In this document: positions 30,676 to 40,668 of the stretch, piece after piece
Numbering within the stretch: position 1 is the stretch's first letter
Layout: the number at the start of each line of letters is the position of its first letter
Source: Trueperaceae bacterium
GTDB taxonomy: Bacteria > Deinococcota > Deinococci > Deinococcales > Trueperaceae
Direction: 5' to 3'
Assembly: GCA_035703635.1 (NCBI GenBank)
Contig: DASSXV010000021.1
Coordinates: 9,620-73,619, forward strand
DNA length: 64,000 bases
Made by a program: the position numbers and the translations under genes
Notes under the pieces: model-generated
What the model was told of the DNA's origin: nothing
What the model saw: only the letters and a program-made list of their open reading frames with translations
Database searches by the model: none

Positions 30676-31254
30676 CTAATCCTCCTCGTCGTCCTCATCC
30701 ACTACCTCGCCCAGATCGGCGAGTAGTTCCTTGTACAGCCGCAGCGTGAAGTCGCGGATGGCGTTCAGGGCGGCGTCGCCGCGCAGGTCCGCGCTCACGC
30801 GGCGCTCGGCCGCCTGGATCACGGCTGCCAGCACGTCATCCACCATCGGCCAGGGACCCTGGAACGGGGCGTCATCGTCCTCACTCGCTTGGTTAGGCGC
30901 GGCGCCAGCCGGCTGAGCCTCGGCAGGGGTGGGCGCTGCGACCGCGTGAGAGCGAGCTGCCCGACTCTCCTTCGTCTGGGCCAGCGCTCGCGCCGGCGCC
31001 GCTTTGCTGCCTTTGCCCGTGGTGTTTCCTTCGTTATCGCGCTTGGCGAGCGCGGCCAGCGCCTCCTCGGCTGCGCGGCGCTCGGCGTCGCGCTTCGAAC
31101 CGCCTTGGCCGGTGCCAAGTAGGTCGCCTGCGATGGTCACGTCGCTAAGGAAGGACGGCTCGTGCTCCGGTCCGGTCTGCGCGGTGTCGAACTCTGGCCG
31201 CTCGAGGCCGAGCTTCTGGGCGCGCTCGATCAGCAACCCCTTGGGGTGCGCCAT
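30676..31254 (-). CDS. Stand-alone double-stranded RNA-binding motif protein
   Basis: HPKGLLIERAQ...GPEHEPSF...GQGGSKRDAERRAAEEAL; GAGGAG SD. Confidence 0.85.
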   Translation of the reverse strand: MAHPKGLLIERAQKLGLERPEFDTAQTGPEHEPSFLSDVTIAGDLLGTGQGGSKRDAERRAAEEALAALAKRDNEGNTTGKGSKAAPARALAQTKESRAARSHAVAAPTPAEAQPAGAAPNQASEDDDAPFQGPWPMVDDVLAAVIQAAERRVSADLRGDAALNAIRDFTLRLYKELLADLGEVVDEDDEED

Positions 31255-31472
31255 GTTTACTCCTCTAACGCTGCGAGATACCTGGTCTACGGCTCTGCCG
31301 CTGTGCCCTCGCAGCAGCTGCCGGGCTCCCGCCGTTGCCCTCGGCCGCCTCCATGCCATGTGCGGCGGTGCGGATGCGTTCAAGGGTGACGCCGCGAGCC
31401 CGGCAGCTGCAAGGGCAGGGTAGCACGGCGCCGGGCGCGCACTAGGGCCACGCTTGCGCTACCATTGGCGCC

Positions 31473-32138
31473 ATGACCCGCTTGCTCCTGTGCGACGACC
31501 ACGCCATGTTCCGCCAAGGCCTCCGGAGCATCCTCGAGACGGAGGACGACTTCAGGGTGATAGGTGAGGCCTCTACCGGGCGTGAGGCGGTGCGTTACGC
31601 CATCGAGACGCGCCCAGACGTCATCCTCATGGACATCCAGATGCCCGAACTAGACGGCGTAGCTGCCACGAAGGCCATCCTCTCCGAACAGCCTGACGCG
31701 CGCGTGATCATCCTCACCATGTACCGGCAGGATCGCTATGTGTTCGAGGCGGTGAAGGTCGGTGCCCGCGGCTACCTCCTCAAGGACGCTGGTGCGACCG
31801 AGCTCGTCGAGGCCATCCGCCGCGTGGCGGCGGGGGAGACGCTCCTCAACGCCGAGATGGCGGCCTCCATCCTCGACGAGTTCCGCAAGCTCGGAGAGAT
31901 ACCCACCCACCCAGAGCACAAACTCAGTGAACTGACCGAGCGCGAGGAGGCCATCCTGAGGCTGCTGGCTCAGGGCGCGACTAACCAAGAGATAGCCACG
32001 TCCCTCAACGTCAGCGAGAAGACCGTGCGTAACCGCCTGTCCGAGATCTTCTCCAAGTTGCGCCTCAACAACCGCACCCAAGCGGCCCTCTACGCACTGC
32101 GCGAGGGCATCGCCTCCTTGCAAGACAGCGAGCAGTGA
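31473..32138 (+). CDS. NarL/LuxR-family response regulator
   Basis: [25 protein letters not shown]...SEKTVRN HTH. Confidence 0.95.
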   Translation: MTRLLLCDDHAMFRQGLRSILETEDDFRVIGEASTGREAVRYAIETRPDVILMDIQMPELDGVAATKAILSEQPDARVIILTMYRQDRYVFEAVKVGARGYLLKDAGATELVEAIRRVAAGETLLNAEMAASILDEFRKLGEIPTHPEHKLSELTEREEAILRLLAQGATNQEIATSLNVSEKTVRNRLSEIFSKLRLNNRTQAALYALREGIASLQDSEQ

Positions 32139-33241
32139 GTCCCCGCCGCGCGTCTCCAGACGACGCGGCCGCGTTACGGGAGTTGTTGCTTGCGCTCGCC
32201 CAGACGCCCGCTCCTACCGGGGCCGAGGCCGCGCGCGCCGCTCTCGTCATGCGGCTCTGGTCAGAGGCGGGGCTAGAGCCGTGGCAGGACGAAGTAGGGA
32301 ACGTGCTCGCGGAGGTCGGCGCCGCCGCCGCTGGCGCGAGGCGCGTGGTCGTAGCTGCTCACCTAGACAGTGTGTTCGGCCCGGAAGTGGACGTGACGGT
32401 CAAGCAGGCTCCTGGCCGCTGGAGCGGCCCAGGCATCGGCGACAACGCTGCCTCGCTCGCCGTCCTAACGCGCTACCTGCAGACGCGTGAACGCAGCGAC
32501 CGTGCCGCCAGGCCAGCCATGCTCGTTGGGGCGACCGTGGGGGAGGAGGGCCTCGGTGACCTGCGTGGCGCCCGCCACCTCGTGGCCGGCGCGGGCAGCG
32601 GCGCGAGCGCCTTCATCGCGTTCGACGGGCTGCTAGGAACCATCACCGACGTGGCGGTAGGCTCGCGGCGTTACGAGGCGCGCTTCTCGGCGCAGGGCGG
32701 GCATTCGTGGGGAGACTACGGCGCTAGCAGCGCCGTGCACGCGGCGGGCGCCGCCATCGCGGCCCTCGCGCGCTTGCCCGTGGCACGCGTGCCGCGCTCG
32801 AGTCTCAACGTAGGCCAGATGTGGGGCGGCACTAGCGTCAACGCCATCGCGGAGACGGCCGGCTTCAACCTCGACCTGCGCAGCGTCAACTCCGCTACCT
32901 TGGCGAACCTCGACGCCGCCGCTGTCGGTGCCGTGCGTGCGGCTGCGGCCGAAGCGGGCGCGAACGTCGAGCTCGTGCTCGTTGGTGACCGTCCGGCTGG
33001 CGGTTCGAACAACGAGCAGCTCGTCGCTGCGGCCATGGCCGCTTACGCCGCCGTCGGCGTGGTCGGGCAGACCGCTGCAGGCAGCACGGACGCCAACCCG
33101 GCGATGGCAGCCGGAATACCGGCCATCGCCTTCGGTGGCTATCACGGTGGCGGCGCGCACCGGCTTGAGGAGTGGCTTGAGCCGGATTCCCTCGGCGTCG
33201 GCCTGATCGCGCTAAGCGAACTACTTGCGCGTTTGGCCTGA
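32135..33241 (+). CDS. M20/M25/M40-family metallopeptidase
   Basis: [33 protein letters not shown]. Confidence 0.88.
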   Translation: MSPRRASPDDAAALRELLLALAQTPAPTGAEAARAALVMRLWSEAGLEPWQDEVGNVLAEVGAAAAGARRVVVAAHLDSVFGPEVDVTVKQAPGRWSGPGIGDNAASLAVLTRYLQTRERSDRAARPAMLVGATVGEEGLGDLRGARHLVAGAGSGASAFIAFDGLLGTITDVAVGSRRYEARFSAQGGHSWGDYGASSAVHAAGAAIAALARLPVARVPRSSLNVGQMWGGTSVNAIAETAGFNLDLRSVNSATLANLDAAAVGAVRAAAAEAGANVELVLVGDRPAGGSNNEQLVAAAMAAYAAVGVVGQTAAGSTDANPAMAAGIPAIAFGGYHGGGAHRLEEWLEPDSLGVGLIALSELLARLA

Positions 33242-33262
33242 CTGCTGGGAGCTAACTGCCCG

Positions 33263-33790
33263 CTAGCTGTGGCCGTGGCTGCGCCGAGCGGCGAGCGCGA
33301 GGGCGTCGACGGCCTCGTTCTCAGGGTGGCCAGAGTGACCGCGGGTCCAAGACCAGCTCACGCGGTGACGCTTTTCTAGCTGCAGGAGCTCCTCCCACAG
33401 GTCACGGTTCTTGACCGGCTGACGGGCGGCGGTCTGCCAGCCGTTGCGTTGCCACTTCTTCAACCAACCGTCGGTGAAGGCCTTCTTCAAGTACTCGCTG
33501 TCGGTAACGATGGTCACGTCCGTGGGCTCGCTAAGCGCCTCGAGGGCGCGCACGGCAGCCGTCAACTCCATGCGGTTGTTGGTGGTGCCTGGCTCGTAGC
33601 CGGAAGCCGTGCTGCGGCCGCTCGCGGCGTCGAGCAGGTAAGCCCAACCGCCGTGGCCGCTAGCCGTGTCGCAGGAGCCGTCTGTGAAGGCCCTCGCGCT
33701 GGCGCGGGTCGTAACTGGTGCGGTCGCTTCGGCGTCAGCGCTGCCGAAAAGCGACGCTTGGCCCGTGGTTGACTTATTCGAAGGGCGCAT
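33263..33790 (-). CDS. rnhA: Ribonuclease HI
   Basis: FTDGS; TTNNRMEL; TDSEY; VKNRDLW; GHSGHPENEAVD. Confidence 0.95.
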   Translation of the reverse strand: MRPSNKSTTGQASLFGSADAEATAPVTTRASARAFTDGSCDTASGHGGWAYLLDAASGRSTASGYEPGTTNNRMELTAAVRALEALSEPTDVTIVTDSEYLKKAFTDGWLKKWQRNGWQTAARQPVKNRDLWEELLQLEKRHRVSWSWTRGHSGHPENEAVDALALAARRSHGHS

Positions 33791-34166
33791 GGTCGGACAC
33801 TCTAACCTGGCGTTCGAGCACCACCACGGCGGCAGCATGATCGCGGCCGTGCGTGAGTGACAAGTGCGGCACCAGCCCCTCCGCGCGGCAGGCTTCCTCG
33901 AGCTTCGGCGTTAGGCGCAAGGACGGGCGGGCGCCCTCCTTGACCACCCACACGTCGCGCCAACCGAAAGGCTCGGACCAGCACTTCTGGAACGCCTCCT
34001 TGGCGGCGAAGCGGGCGGCCAAGCCCGGCACCGGGTCGGCGCGGCCGTCGAGGGAGAGCAGTTCCTCCGGGTGGAAGACGCGCTCGGCGAACCTCCCAGG
34101 GAAGCGCTCGAGCGCGCGCCGAATGCGCCACAACTCGACTAGGTCGATGCCGACGGCGACGATCAC
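33774..34166 (-). CDS. acpS: Holo-[acyl-carrier-protein] synthase
   Basis: VGIDLVE; ARFAAKEA; HLSLTH. Confidence 0.93.
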   Translation of the reverse strand: MIVAVGIDLVELWRIRRALERFPGRFAERVFHPEELLSLDGRADPVPGLAARFAAKEAFQKCWSEPFGWRDVWVVKEGARPSLRLTPKLEEACRAEGLVPHLSLTHGRDHAAAVVVLERQVRVSDHAPFE

Positions 34167-34858
34167 GCCATGAACTCCGTGACGCTCGTTGCACCGGCGA
34201 CGTAAGCGCGCTCCGTCATGCCGAGGAACAAACCGTGCTCGACGACGCCTGGCATGGCGGCGAGCTGGGCGGCGACGGCCGTGGCATCGAACGGCCCCGC
34301 GAAGCGCAGGTCGTAGATGACGTTGCCGTTATCCGTGAGGAACGGCGCGCCCTCCCTGACGCGCAGCTGCGGCTCGGCACCCAGCTCGGCCAGTAGCTGC
34401 GCGGTGCGCTGCTGCCCGAAACGCACGACCTCGACTGGCAGCGGCGCCTTCTCGCCAAGGTGAGTTACGCACTTGCTCTCGTCGCCGATCAGCACGAAGC
34501 GCGTAGCCGAGGCGGCCACGATCTTCTCGCGCGTCAACGCCCCACCGAGGCCCTTGATGGCCTGCAGGCCGGGCGTCAACTCGTCCATGCCGTCGATGGC
34601 GACGTCGACGCCGCCTGCCGGCAGCTCGATCATGCTCAGGCCAAGGCCACTCGCCTGCTCCTCCGTCTGGCGCGACGTCGCAACGCAGCGGATGTTCTGC
34701 AGGTCGCCGCGCTTCAGGCTCGCCGCGAGTTCGGCAACCAACCACCAGGCGGTGCTGCCGGTACCTAGTCCAAGCAACATGCCGCTCTCTACCAGGGTGA
34801 GAGCGCGCAGCGCTGCGGCGCGCTTCATGGCCTCGAGGCCCGTTGGGTTTCCCATCAT
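34163..34858 (-). CDS. rpiA: Ribose-5-phosphate isomerase A
   Basis: GLGTGST; DGMDE; KGLGGALTREKI; TDNGN; GVVEHGLF; ATG 7 nt after TATGCT. Confidence 0.95.
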   Translation of the reverse strand: MMGNPTGLEAMKRAAALRALTLVESGMLLGLGTGSTAWWLVAELAASLKRGDLQNIRCVATSRQTEEQASGLGLSMIELPAGGVDVAIDGMDELTPGLQAIKGLGGALTREKIVAASATRFVLIGDESKCVTHLGEKAPLPVEVVRFGQQRTAQLLAELGAEPQLRVREGAPFLTDNGNVIYDLRFAGPFDATAVAAQLAAMPGVVEHGLFLGMTERAYVAGATSVTEFMA

Positions 34859-34930
34859 GGCAGGGAGCATACCGTCAGGGAGGCTCTGCTCGCCGCGCAC
34901 CGGCGCGCCCGGACGGCGGCCCGGAATAAC

Positions 34931-35593
34931 ATGCGCGGCCGCCCAGCCGGTATCCTGGGCCATGTGTTACCGGACCAGCCCGCCAGTTCGAACGGCAACG
35001 CCTCGTTGCTAAGCAACGAGCCGCTGCCACCAATCCTGCTGGCCAGCGCTTCACCGCGCCGCGCGCAGTTGCTTGCCAGCATCGGCCTTAAGTTCGACGT
35101 GGCCGCCCCTGACATCGACGAGACCCCCGCCGCCGGCGAGGGGCCGGCAGAGCTGGTTGGCCGCCTGGCCCTAGCCAAGGTAGCGGCGCTTGCCCATGCA
35201 TACCCGGATGCGCTCGTGATAGCGGCAGACACGACCGTTGCGCTCGGCGGCGAGATATTGAACAAGCCGGCGGATGAGGGCGAGAACCGCGCGTTCATCG
35301 AGCGGCTGGCGGGTCGCGAGCACGAAGTGTTCACCGGCCACGCCCTCGCGTTCCGCGGGCGAACGGAGACTGCCGTCGTGCGCACCGTCGTCGAGCTCCG
35401 CCCTTTGTCTGACGAGGAGATCGCCCGCTACTGCGCCAGCGGCGAGGGCCTTGACAAGGCAGGCGGCTACGGCATCCAGGGGTTGGGCGGCGCCTTGGTT
35501 TCCGGCGTTCGCGGGTGCTACGCGAACGTCATGGGCTTGAGCGTGGTCAACGTGGTGATGGCGGCGCGCCGCCTGGGTATCTCCCTTGTCTAG
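34931..35593 (+). CDS. maf: Maf/YhdE nucleoside triphosphate pyrophosphatase; start uncertain
   Basis: LLASASPRR; IDET; AADT; KP; DKAGGYGIQ; NVMGL. Confidence 0.92.
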   Translation: MRGRPAGILGHVLPDQPASSNGNASLLSNEPLPPILLASASPRRAQLLASIGLKFDVAAPDIDETPAAGEGPAELVGRLALAKVAALAHAYPDALVIAADTTVALGGEILNKPADEGENRAFIERLAGREHEVFTGHALAFRGRTETAVVRTVVELRPLSDEEIARYCASGEGLDKAGGYGIQGLGGALVSGVRGCYANVMGLSVVNVVMAARRLGISLV

Positions 35594-36368
35594 CTTGCTG
35601 CGCGCCTGGTACGTGTTCGTCGGCCTCGGGCTCTTCACGGTGCTGTTCACGGCGTTCGTCGGCGCGGTGCCGAGTGACGTCACGGCCGCCATCGCGCTGC
35701 CGCACGAGCTACTTCACCGGGCAGGCACGAACGTGAGGTTGTCGCTCGAGAGCGCCGTCGATCGCCGCGACATGCGCGCGCTCCTCGCCGACCTGGAGGT
35801 GCAACTAGCCGCCGAGCGCGAGGCCGCACGCCAGCTCGAGCTCGAGGTTGGGCGGTACCGGGACGTCGTGAGGGTGGCGGAGGCGCAGTCGCCAGGGGTG
35901 CTCGGGACCGCCGCCGTCATAGGTGGCGACGCTGGCGCAGAGCTCGGCCGCCTGCGCGTTGGCCTCGGCGCGAACGAAGGTGTGAGCCGCAACATGCCCG
36001 TGACGGTTCCGACCGGGTTGGTTGGCATCGTCACCGAAGTCGCGAGCGGCAGCGCCGTCGTGCGCACGGTCGTTGACCCGCAGTCGCGCGTCGGCGTGAC
36101 CGTGCGCGGCAAGGGCGGTCAGGGCGTGGCGATCGGCGAGGTAGGCGGCCTCGTGCGCGTGTCGCGCTTCATGCTCGAGCAGCCCGTCGTCGTCGGTGAC
36201 GTGGTGGAGACGTCAAGCTACGGCGGCCTCTTCCCTGCAGGCGTGAGCGTCGGTGAGGTCGTCGAGGTCCTGCCGCCGGACCCTAACGACCTGAGGCGCA
36301 CGTTCATCGTGCGCCCCAGCGTGGAACTAGCTACTTTGCAGCAGGTCGTGCTCTTGGCCCCTCAGTAA
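35586..36368 (+). CDS. mreC: Cell shape-determining protein MreC
   Basis: N-terminal TM; coiled coil; GLVGIVTEV; GDVVETSSYGGLFPAG. Confidence 0.88.
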   Translation: MSSLLRAWYVFVGLGLFTVLFTAFVGAVPSDVTAAIALPHELLHRAGTNVRLSLESAVDRRDMRALLADLEVQLAAEREAARQLELEVGRYRDVVRVAEAQSPGVLGTAAVIGGDAGAELGRLRVGLGANEGVSRNMPVTVPTGLVGIVTEVASGSAVVRTVVDPQSRVGVTVRGKGGQGVAIGEVGGLVRVSRFMLEQPVVVGDVVETSSYGGLFPAGVSVGEVVEVLPPDPNDLRRTFIVRPSVELATLQQVVLLAPQ

Positions 36369-36370
36369 CC

Positions 36371-38896
36371 TCAGCCCTTTATCACGAGGTTGACGAGCTT
36401 GCCGCGCACGACTATCTCGCGCACGATCTGCGACTCTCCCACGTAACGCGCGACGTTCGGCTCCGCCTTCGCCGCGGCGAGGATGCTGGCGTCGTCGGCG
36501 CTGGCGCTTACCTCAACCTGGCCCCTGAGCTTGCCGTTGACCTGCACGGCGAGCGTGAGGGTGTCCGCCACCAGCGCGGCTGGATCGAAGGTCGGCCAGG
36601 TCTGCAGGTGCACGGACTCCTTGTGCCCAAGGCGGCGCCACAACTCCTCCGTTATGTGCGGGGCGATGGGCGCCAGCAGGAGCAGCAGCGCCTCGACGCC
36701 TTCGCGCCAGGTGCCGCTGGCCGCGAGCCCGGCGGCGCGGGCCTTCTGCATGGCGTTCTGCAGCGTCATCAACTCGGCGATGGCGGTGTTGAAGCGGAAC
36801 GCCTCCATGTCCTCCGTGACTTCCTTGATGGCGTGGTTGACGGCGCGCCGCAACTCGGCCTCCGTGTACTCACCACCCTTGGTAGCGCCGGCGTCGTCGA
36901 GCGCGAGGTTCCAGACGCGGGCGAAGAAGCGCGCCAGGCCGTCGATGCCGCTGTAGCTCCACGGCGCCCCCTGGTCCCACGGGCCAAGGAACATGAGGTA
37001 GGCGCGAACGGTGTCAGCCCCGTACTGCGCCACCAAGTCGTCCGGGTTGACGACGTTGCCGCGCGACTTGGACATCTTCTCGTTATCCGAACCCAAGATC
37101 ATGCCCTGGTTGCGGAGCCGCTTGAACGGCTCGTTCGCGGTCGTGAAGCCGAGGTCGCGCAGCACCTTGGTGAAGAAGCGCGAGTAGAGGAGGTGCAAGA
37201 TGGCGTGCTCGATGCCGCCCGTGTAGGTGTCGACCGGCGTCCACTTGGCGGCCAGCTCGGGGTCGAACGGGCGGGTGGCGTCGTGGGGGCTGAGGTAACG
37301 GAACCAGTACCAGGACGAGTCTTGAAAGGTGTCCATGGTGTCGGTCTCGCGCCGCGCCGCGCCGCCGCAGTTCGGGCAGGTCGTCTCGAGGAACTCGGCG
37401 TGTGTCTTGAGCGGTGATTCACCCGTCGGCATGAACGCCACGTCCTGTGGCAAGATCACTGGCAGGTTCTCGAGCTTCTCTGCGACGATGCCGCACGAGT
37501 CGCAGTACACGACGGGGATGGGCGTGCCCCAGTAGCGCTGGCGGCTTATGAGCCAGTCGCGCAAGCGGTAGGTCGTCTGGGCCCTGCCGATGCCCTTGCC
37601 CTCCAAGTACTCGATGGCCGCGGCGATGGCCGGACTGGCCCTGCCCTTCTCGCCGTTGTGCGAGAGGCCGTCGAGCGGCCCGGAGTTGATCATGGTTCCT
37701 GGGCCGGCCCACGCCTCCTGAAGCTCAGCCGCGCGCAGCTCGCCGTCGTGCCCGGCCGGCTTGACGATGGGCACTATCTCGAGGCCGAACGCGCGCGCGA
37801 ACTCGAAGTCGCGCTGATCGCCGTACGGCACGGCCATGATGGCGCCCGTGCCGTAGCCCATGAGCACGTAGTCTGCGATCCAGATGGGGATGCGCGCACC
37901 GCTGACGGGGTTGATGGCGTGGGCGCCGACGAACTCTCCAGTCTTCTCCTTGGTGTCAGCCATGCGGTCGAGGTCGGTCTTGTGGCTCGCCCGCTCGACG
38001 TACGCGCGCACGGCGGCGAGGCGCTCTGGCGTCGTGAGCTTCTCGACCAACGGGTGCTCGGGCGCGAGGACCATGAAGGTGGCGCCCCACAGCGTGTCTG
38101 GCCGGGTGGTGAAGACGACGATCTCGTCATCACCTTCCGTCTTGAAGGTGACCTCCGCGCCCTCGGAGCGCCCGATCCAGTTCGTCTGCATGGCCACGAC
38201 GCGCTCTGGCCAGTCGAGGCCGGAGAAGTCGAGGAGCTCGTCGGCGTAATCGGTGATGCGGTAGTGCCACTGTGGCATGAGGCGCCGCTCGATGAGGGCG
38301 CCGGAGCGGTCACCACGACCGTCGATCACTTGTTCGTTGGCGAGCACCGTCTGATCGACGGGGTCCCAGTTGACGAACGACTCCTTGCGGTAGGCCAAGC
38401 CCTTCTCGAGCATCTTCACGAAGAACCACTGGTTCCACTTGTAGTACTCGGGGTCGCAGGTGACGATGCGCTTCGACCAGTCGAACATCGCGCCCATCTG
38501 CTCGAACTGCTGCGTCATGCGGTCGATGCGCTCGTACGTGAGGCGTGCCGGGTGCACGGAGGTGTCGCCTGCGCGCGCGGCCTTGACGGCGGCGTTCTCT
38601 GCCGGAAGGCCGAAGGCGTCGTAGCCCATGGGGAAGAGGACGTTGAAGCCGCGCATGCGCTTGTAGCGCGCTGCGGCGTCGGCTGGCGCCTCGGCGTACC
38701 AGTGACCTATGTGCAGGTCGCCCGACGGGTACGGGTACATGGTGAGGAAGTAGTACTTCGGTCGGATGTCGTCGTGCAGGTCGACCTCGTAGAGGCCTTC
38801 TTCGCGCCAGCGTTGCTGCCACTTCTTCTCGACGGTCTCAGGCGAGTAGCGCTCGGCGTGCCCCGTGGGGTTGGCGCTGCCAATTGTCTCGGTCAT
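36371..38896 (-). CDS. leuS: Leucine--tRNA ligase
   Basis: [45 protein letters not shown]. Confidence 0.97.
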   Translation of the reverse strand: MTETIGSANPTGHAERYSPETVEKKWQQRWREEGLYEVDLHDDIRPKYYFLTMYPYPSGDLHIGHWYAEAPADAAARYKRMRGFNVLFPMGYDAFGLPAENAAVKAARAGDTSVHPARLTYERIDRMTQQFEQMGAMFDWSKRIVTCDPEYYKWNQWFFVKMLEKGLAYRKESFVNWDPVDQTVLANEQVIDGRGDRSGALIERRLMPQWHYRITDYADELLDFSGLDWPERVVAMQTNWIGRSEGAEVTFKTEGDDEIVVFTTRPDTLWGATFMVLAPEHPLVEKLTTPERLAAVRAYVERASHKTDLDRMADTKEKTGEFVGAHAINPVSGARIPIWIADYVLMGYGTGAIMAVPYGDQRDFEFARAFGLEIVPIVKPAGHDGELRAAELQEAWAGPGTMINSGPLDGLSHNGEKGRASPAIAAAIEYLEGKGIGRAQTTYRLRDWLISRQRYWGTPIPVVYCDSCGIVAEKLENLPVILPQDVAFMPTGESPLKTHAEFLETTCPNCGGAARRETDTMDTFQDSSWYWFRYLSPHDATRPFDPELAAKWTPVDTYTGGIEHAILHLLYSRFFTKVLRDLGFTTANEPFKRLRNQGMILGSDNEKMSKSRGNVVNPDDLVAQYGADTVRAYLMFLGPWDQGAPWSYSGIDGLARFFARVWNLALDDAGATKGGEYTEAELRRAVNHAIKEVTEDMEAFRFNTAIAELMTLQNAMQKARAAGLAASGTWREGVEALLLLLAPIAPHITEELWRRLGHKESVHLQTWPTFDPAALVADTLTLAVQVNGKLRGQVEVSASADDASILAAAKAEPNVARYVGESQIVREIVVRGKLVNLVIKG

Positions 38897-38971
38897 GATT
38901 TCTCCAGTATAGGGCGGGGTTCGCGCCTCGCGGCCGCAGGCCGTCCGCTAGAAGTAGAGTCTGGGTTCGCC

Positions 38972-39005
38972 AAAAACTCGACCCCGGCAGCCGGGCCGGG
39001 GTCGA
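38972..39005 (-). terminator. Intrinsic terminator in the leuS upstream region
   Basis: Minus strand TCGACCCCGGC-loop-GCCGGGGTCGA followed by GTTTTT. Confidence 0.7.
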
Positions 39006-39026
39006 CGCGCGTGAGGTCGTGTCAGT

Positions 39027-39098
39027 TCACCTCGGCGGCGCGTCGGGCCGCGTGGCTAGTCGCTCGGTTGCTGCCTTGCGCGCTGGCGCCTCGTTCAT
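39027..39098 (-). CDS. Putative leuS leader peptide MNEAPARKAATERLATRPDAPPR
   Basis: ATG 6 nt after a TACCAT -10; ends 21 nt before the terminator stem; one Leu codon (CTA). Confidence 0.4.
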   Translation of the reverse strand: MNEAPARKAATERLATRPDAPPR

Positions 39099-39323
39099 GC
39101 GGGAATGGTAGGCGCTGGGCGGTGCGCTGTCAACGGGCGGACAGGTGGATGGCGTTGGCCCGGAACCGCTCTCTGGCCCACCTAGCGGCGGTGGGGTACT
39201 GGTAATCTTCTGGCAGCATCGGGTGACCTGCGAGCCGGCGCCGCACGACCTGACTTTAGGGACCAAGCCACCGGCGCAGGATCAACCGCTAACTGAAATC
39301 TAGCGCGATGAGAGTTGGTAGCC

Positions 39324-40562
39324 GTGAAGACAGTGATCATTGGCGGCGGGACGATTGGGCTGCTTAGCGCCTACGAGTTGCGCCGCAGGGGGCGGGAAGT
39401 CGTCGTCATCGATCGCGGCGAGTTCGGCGCGGCCGCGTCGCACGGCAACGCTGGCTGGATAACTCCATCCCTCTCCGGCCCAGTGCCGGCACCGGGCGTC
39501 GTTTCCGAATCGATCAAGTGGATGCTCAAGCCCGACAGCCCGCTGTTCATCAGTCCGGCGGCCGTCCCGAGCATGGTCGGGTGGCTCTTCTCCTTCTGGC
39601 GGCATTGCAACGCCAAGGCGTACCGGGCGGGTTTCAACGCGCTGGCGGAACTGAACCAAAGGACCATGTCCGACTACGAGGCGCTGCAGGCCGCAGGGCT
39701 CGATTTCGGGCTGCATAAGAACGGTCTCCTGTTCGTGAGCTTGGACGACAAGCACCTCGACGAGCTCTACGCAGAGTTCGAGGACTTGGCCGGCTACGGC
39801 CTTGGAGAGCCCATCAGGTTCGACCGCGACGCCACGCTGCAGCGCGAACCTTCGCTGCGGCCCGTGGTCGCGGGCTCGGTGCTCATGCCTGAAGAGCGCC
39901 ACGTGGAACCAGACGAGCTCAACAGGGCGGCCGTGGCCTGGCTCCGTGCTCATGACGTCGAGCTGCGTAGCGGCAGCTCCGTTACGGGCTTCCGGGTAGA
40001 GAACGAGACCGTCAAGGCGGTGCAGACCACGTCGGGCGACATCGACGCCGACCAGGTGCTCATCGCCACCGGGGCGGAGGCAGCGCGTCTGTCGCGAGCG
40101 ATGGGCGCCCACGTGCCGATGCAGGCCGGTAAGGGTTACAGCATCACCATCGATAAGCCGCGCCTCACCGTCAACGGCCCCATGTACATGCACGAGGCCA
40201 GGGTAGCCGTGACGCCGTTCGACAACGCGCTGCGCATCGCCGGCACCATGGAGCTCTCCGGCGTCAACACGCGGCTCGACGGGCGCCGCGTGCGGGGCCT
40301 CAAGAACTCCGCGCACAGGTACATGCTGGACTGGGAGCAAGGCGAGCACTCGGAAGAGTGGGTCGGCATGCGCCCCATACTCCCAGACGGGCTCCCCGTC
40401 ATCGGGCGGCTGCCTAGGCGCAGCAACGCCTACATCGCGTCGGGTCACGCCATGCTCGGCATAACGCTTGGACCCACGACCGCCGCCGCCGTCGGCGAGC
40501 TGATGAACGACGAGGAGTCAACGTTCAACCTCGTGCCTTACGACCCAGCGCGCTTCAGTTAG
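39324..40562 (+). CDS. FAD-dependent oxidoreductase, D-amino acid dehydrogenase (DadA/DAO) family
   Basis: IIGGGTIG; ASHGNAG; GKGYS; WVGMRP..PDGLPVIG; GHAMLGITLGP. Confidence 0.9.
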   Translation: MKTVIIGGGTIGLLSAYELRRRGREVVVIDRGEFGAAASHGNAGWITPSLSGPVPAPGVVSESIKWMLKPDSPLFISPAAVPSMVGWLFSFWRHCNAKAYRAGFNALAELNQRTMSDYEALQAAGLDFGLHKNGLLFVSLDDKHLDELYAEFEDLAGYGLGEPIRFDRDATLQREPSLRPVVAGSVLMPEERHVEPDELNRAAVAWLRAHDVELRSGSSVTGFRVENETVKAVQTTSGDIDADQVLIATGAEAARLSRAMGAHVPMQAGKGYSITIDKPRLTVNGPMYMHEARVAVTPFDNALRIAGTMELSGVNTRLDGRRVRGLKNSAHRYMLDWEQGEHSEEWVGMRPILPDGLPVIGRLPRRSNAYIASGHAMLGITLGPTTAAAVGELMNDEESTFNLVPYDPARFS

Positions 40563-40668
40563 GCCGGCAAGTCTTGGCGCTGTGACGCGTGCACCACGAG
40601 ACGAGCTGGCGGACACTACACTCGCGTGATAGTCCAATGATGCAAGAAGTGCGTGAGGAGCCAGAAGT

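Noticed and set aside
37658-39205. Long antisense or alternative-frame ORFs (e.g. 37658-39205, 39300-40448, 41732-42865, 8198-9370)
   Set aside because: Shadow ORFs of real genes, expected at high GC; no protein motifs
38897-39300. T-box riboswitch upstream of leuS
   Set aside because: No GGTGGNACC T-box sequence or recognisable stem I motifs precede the terminator
40578-40600. CRP- or Rex-like site CTGTGACGCGTGCACC upstream of the secreted pair
   Set aside because: Half-site spacing and right half fit neither consensus
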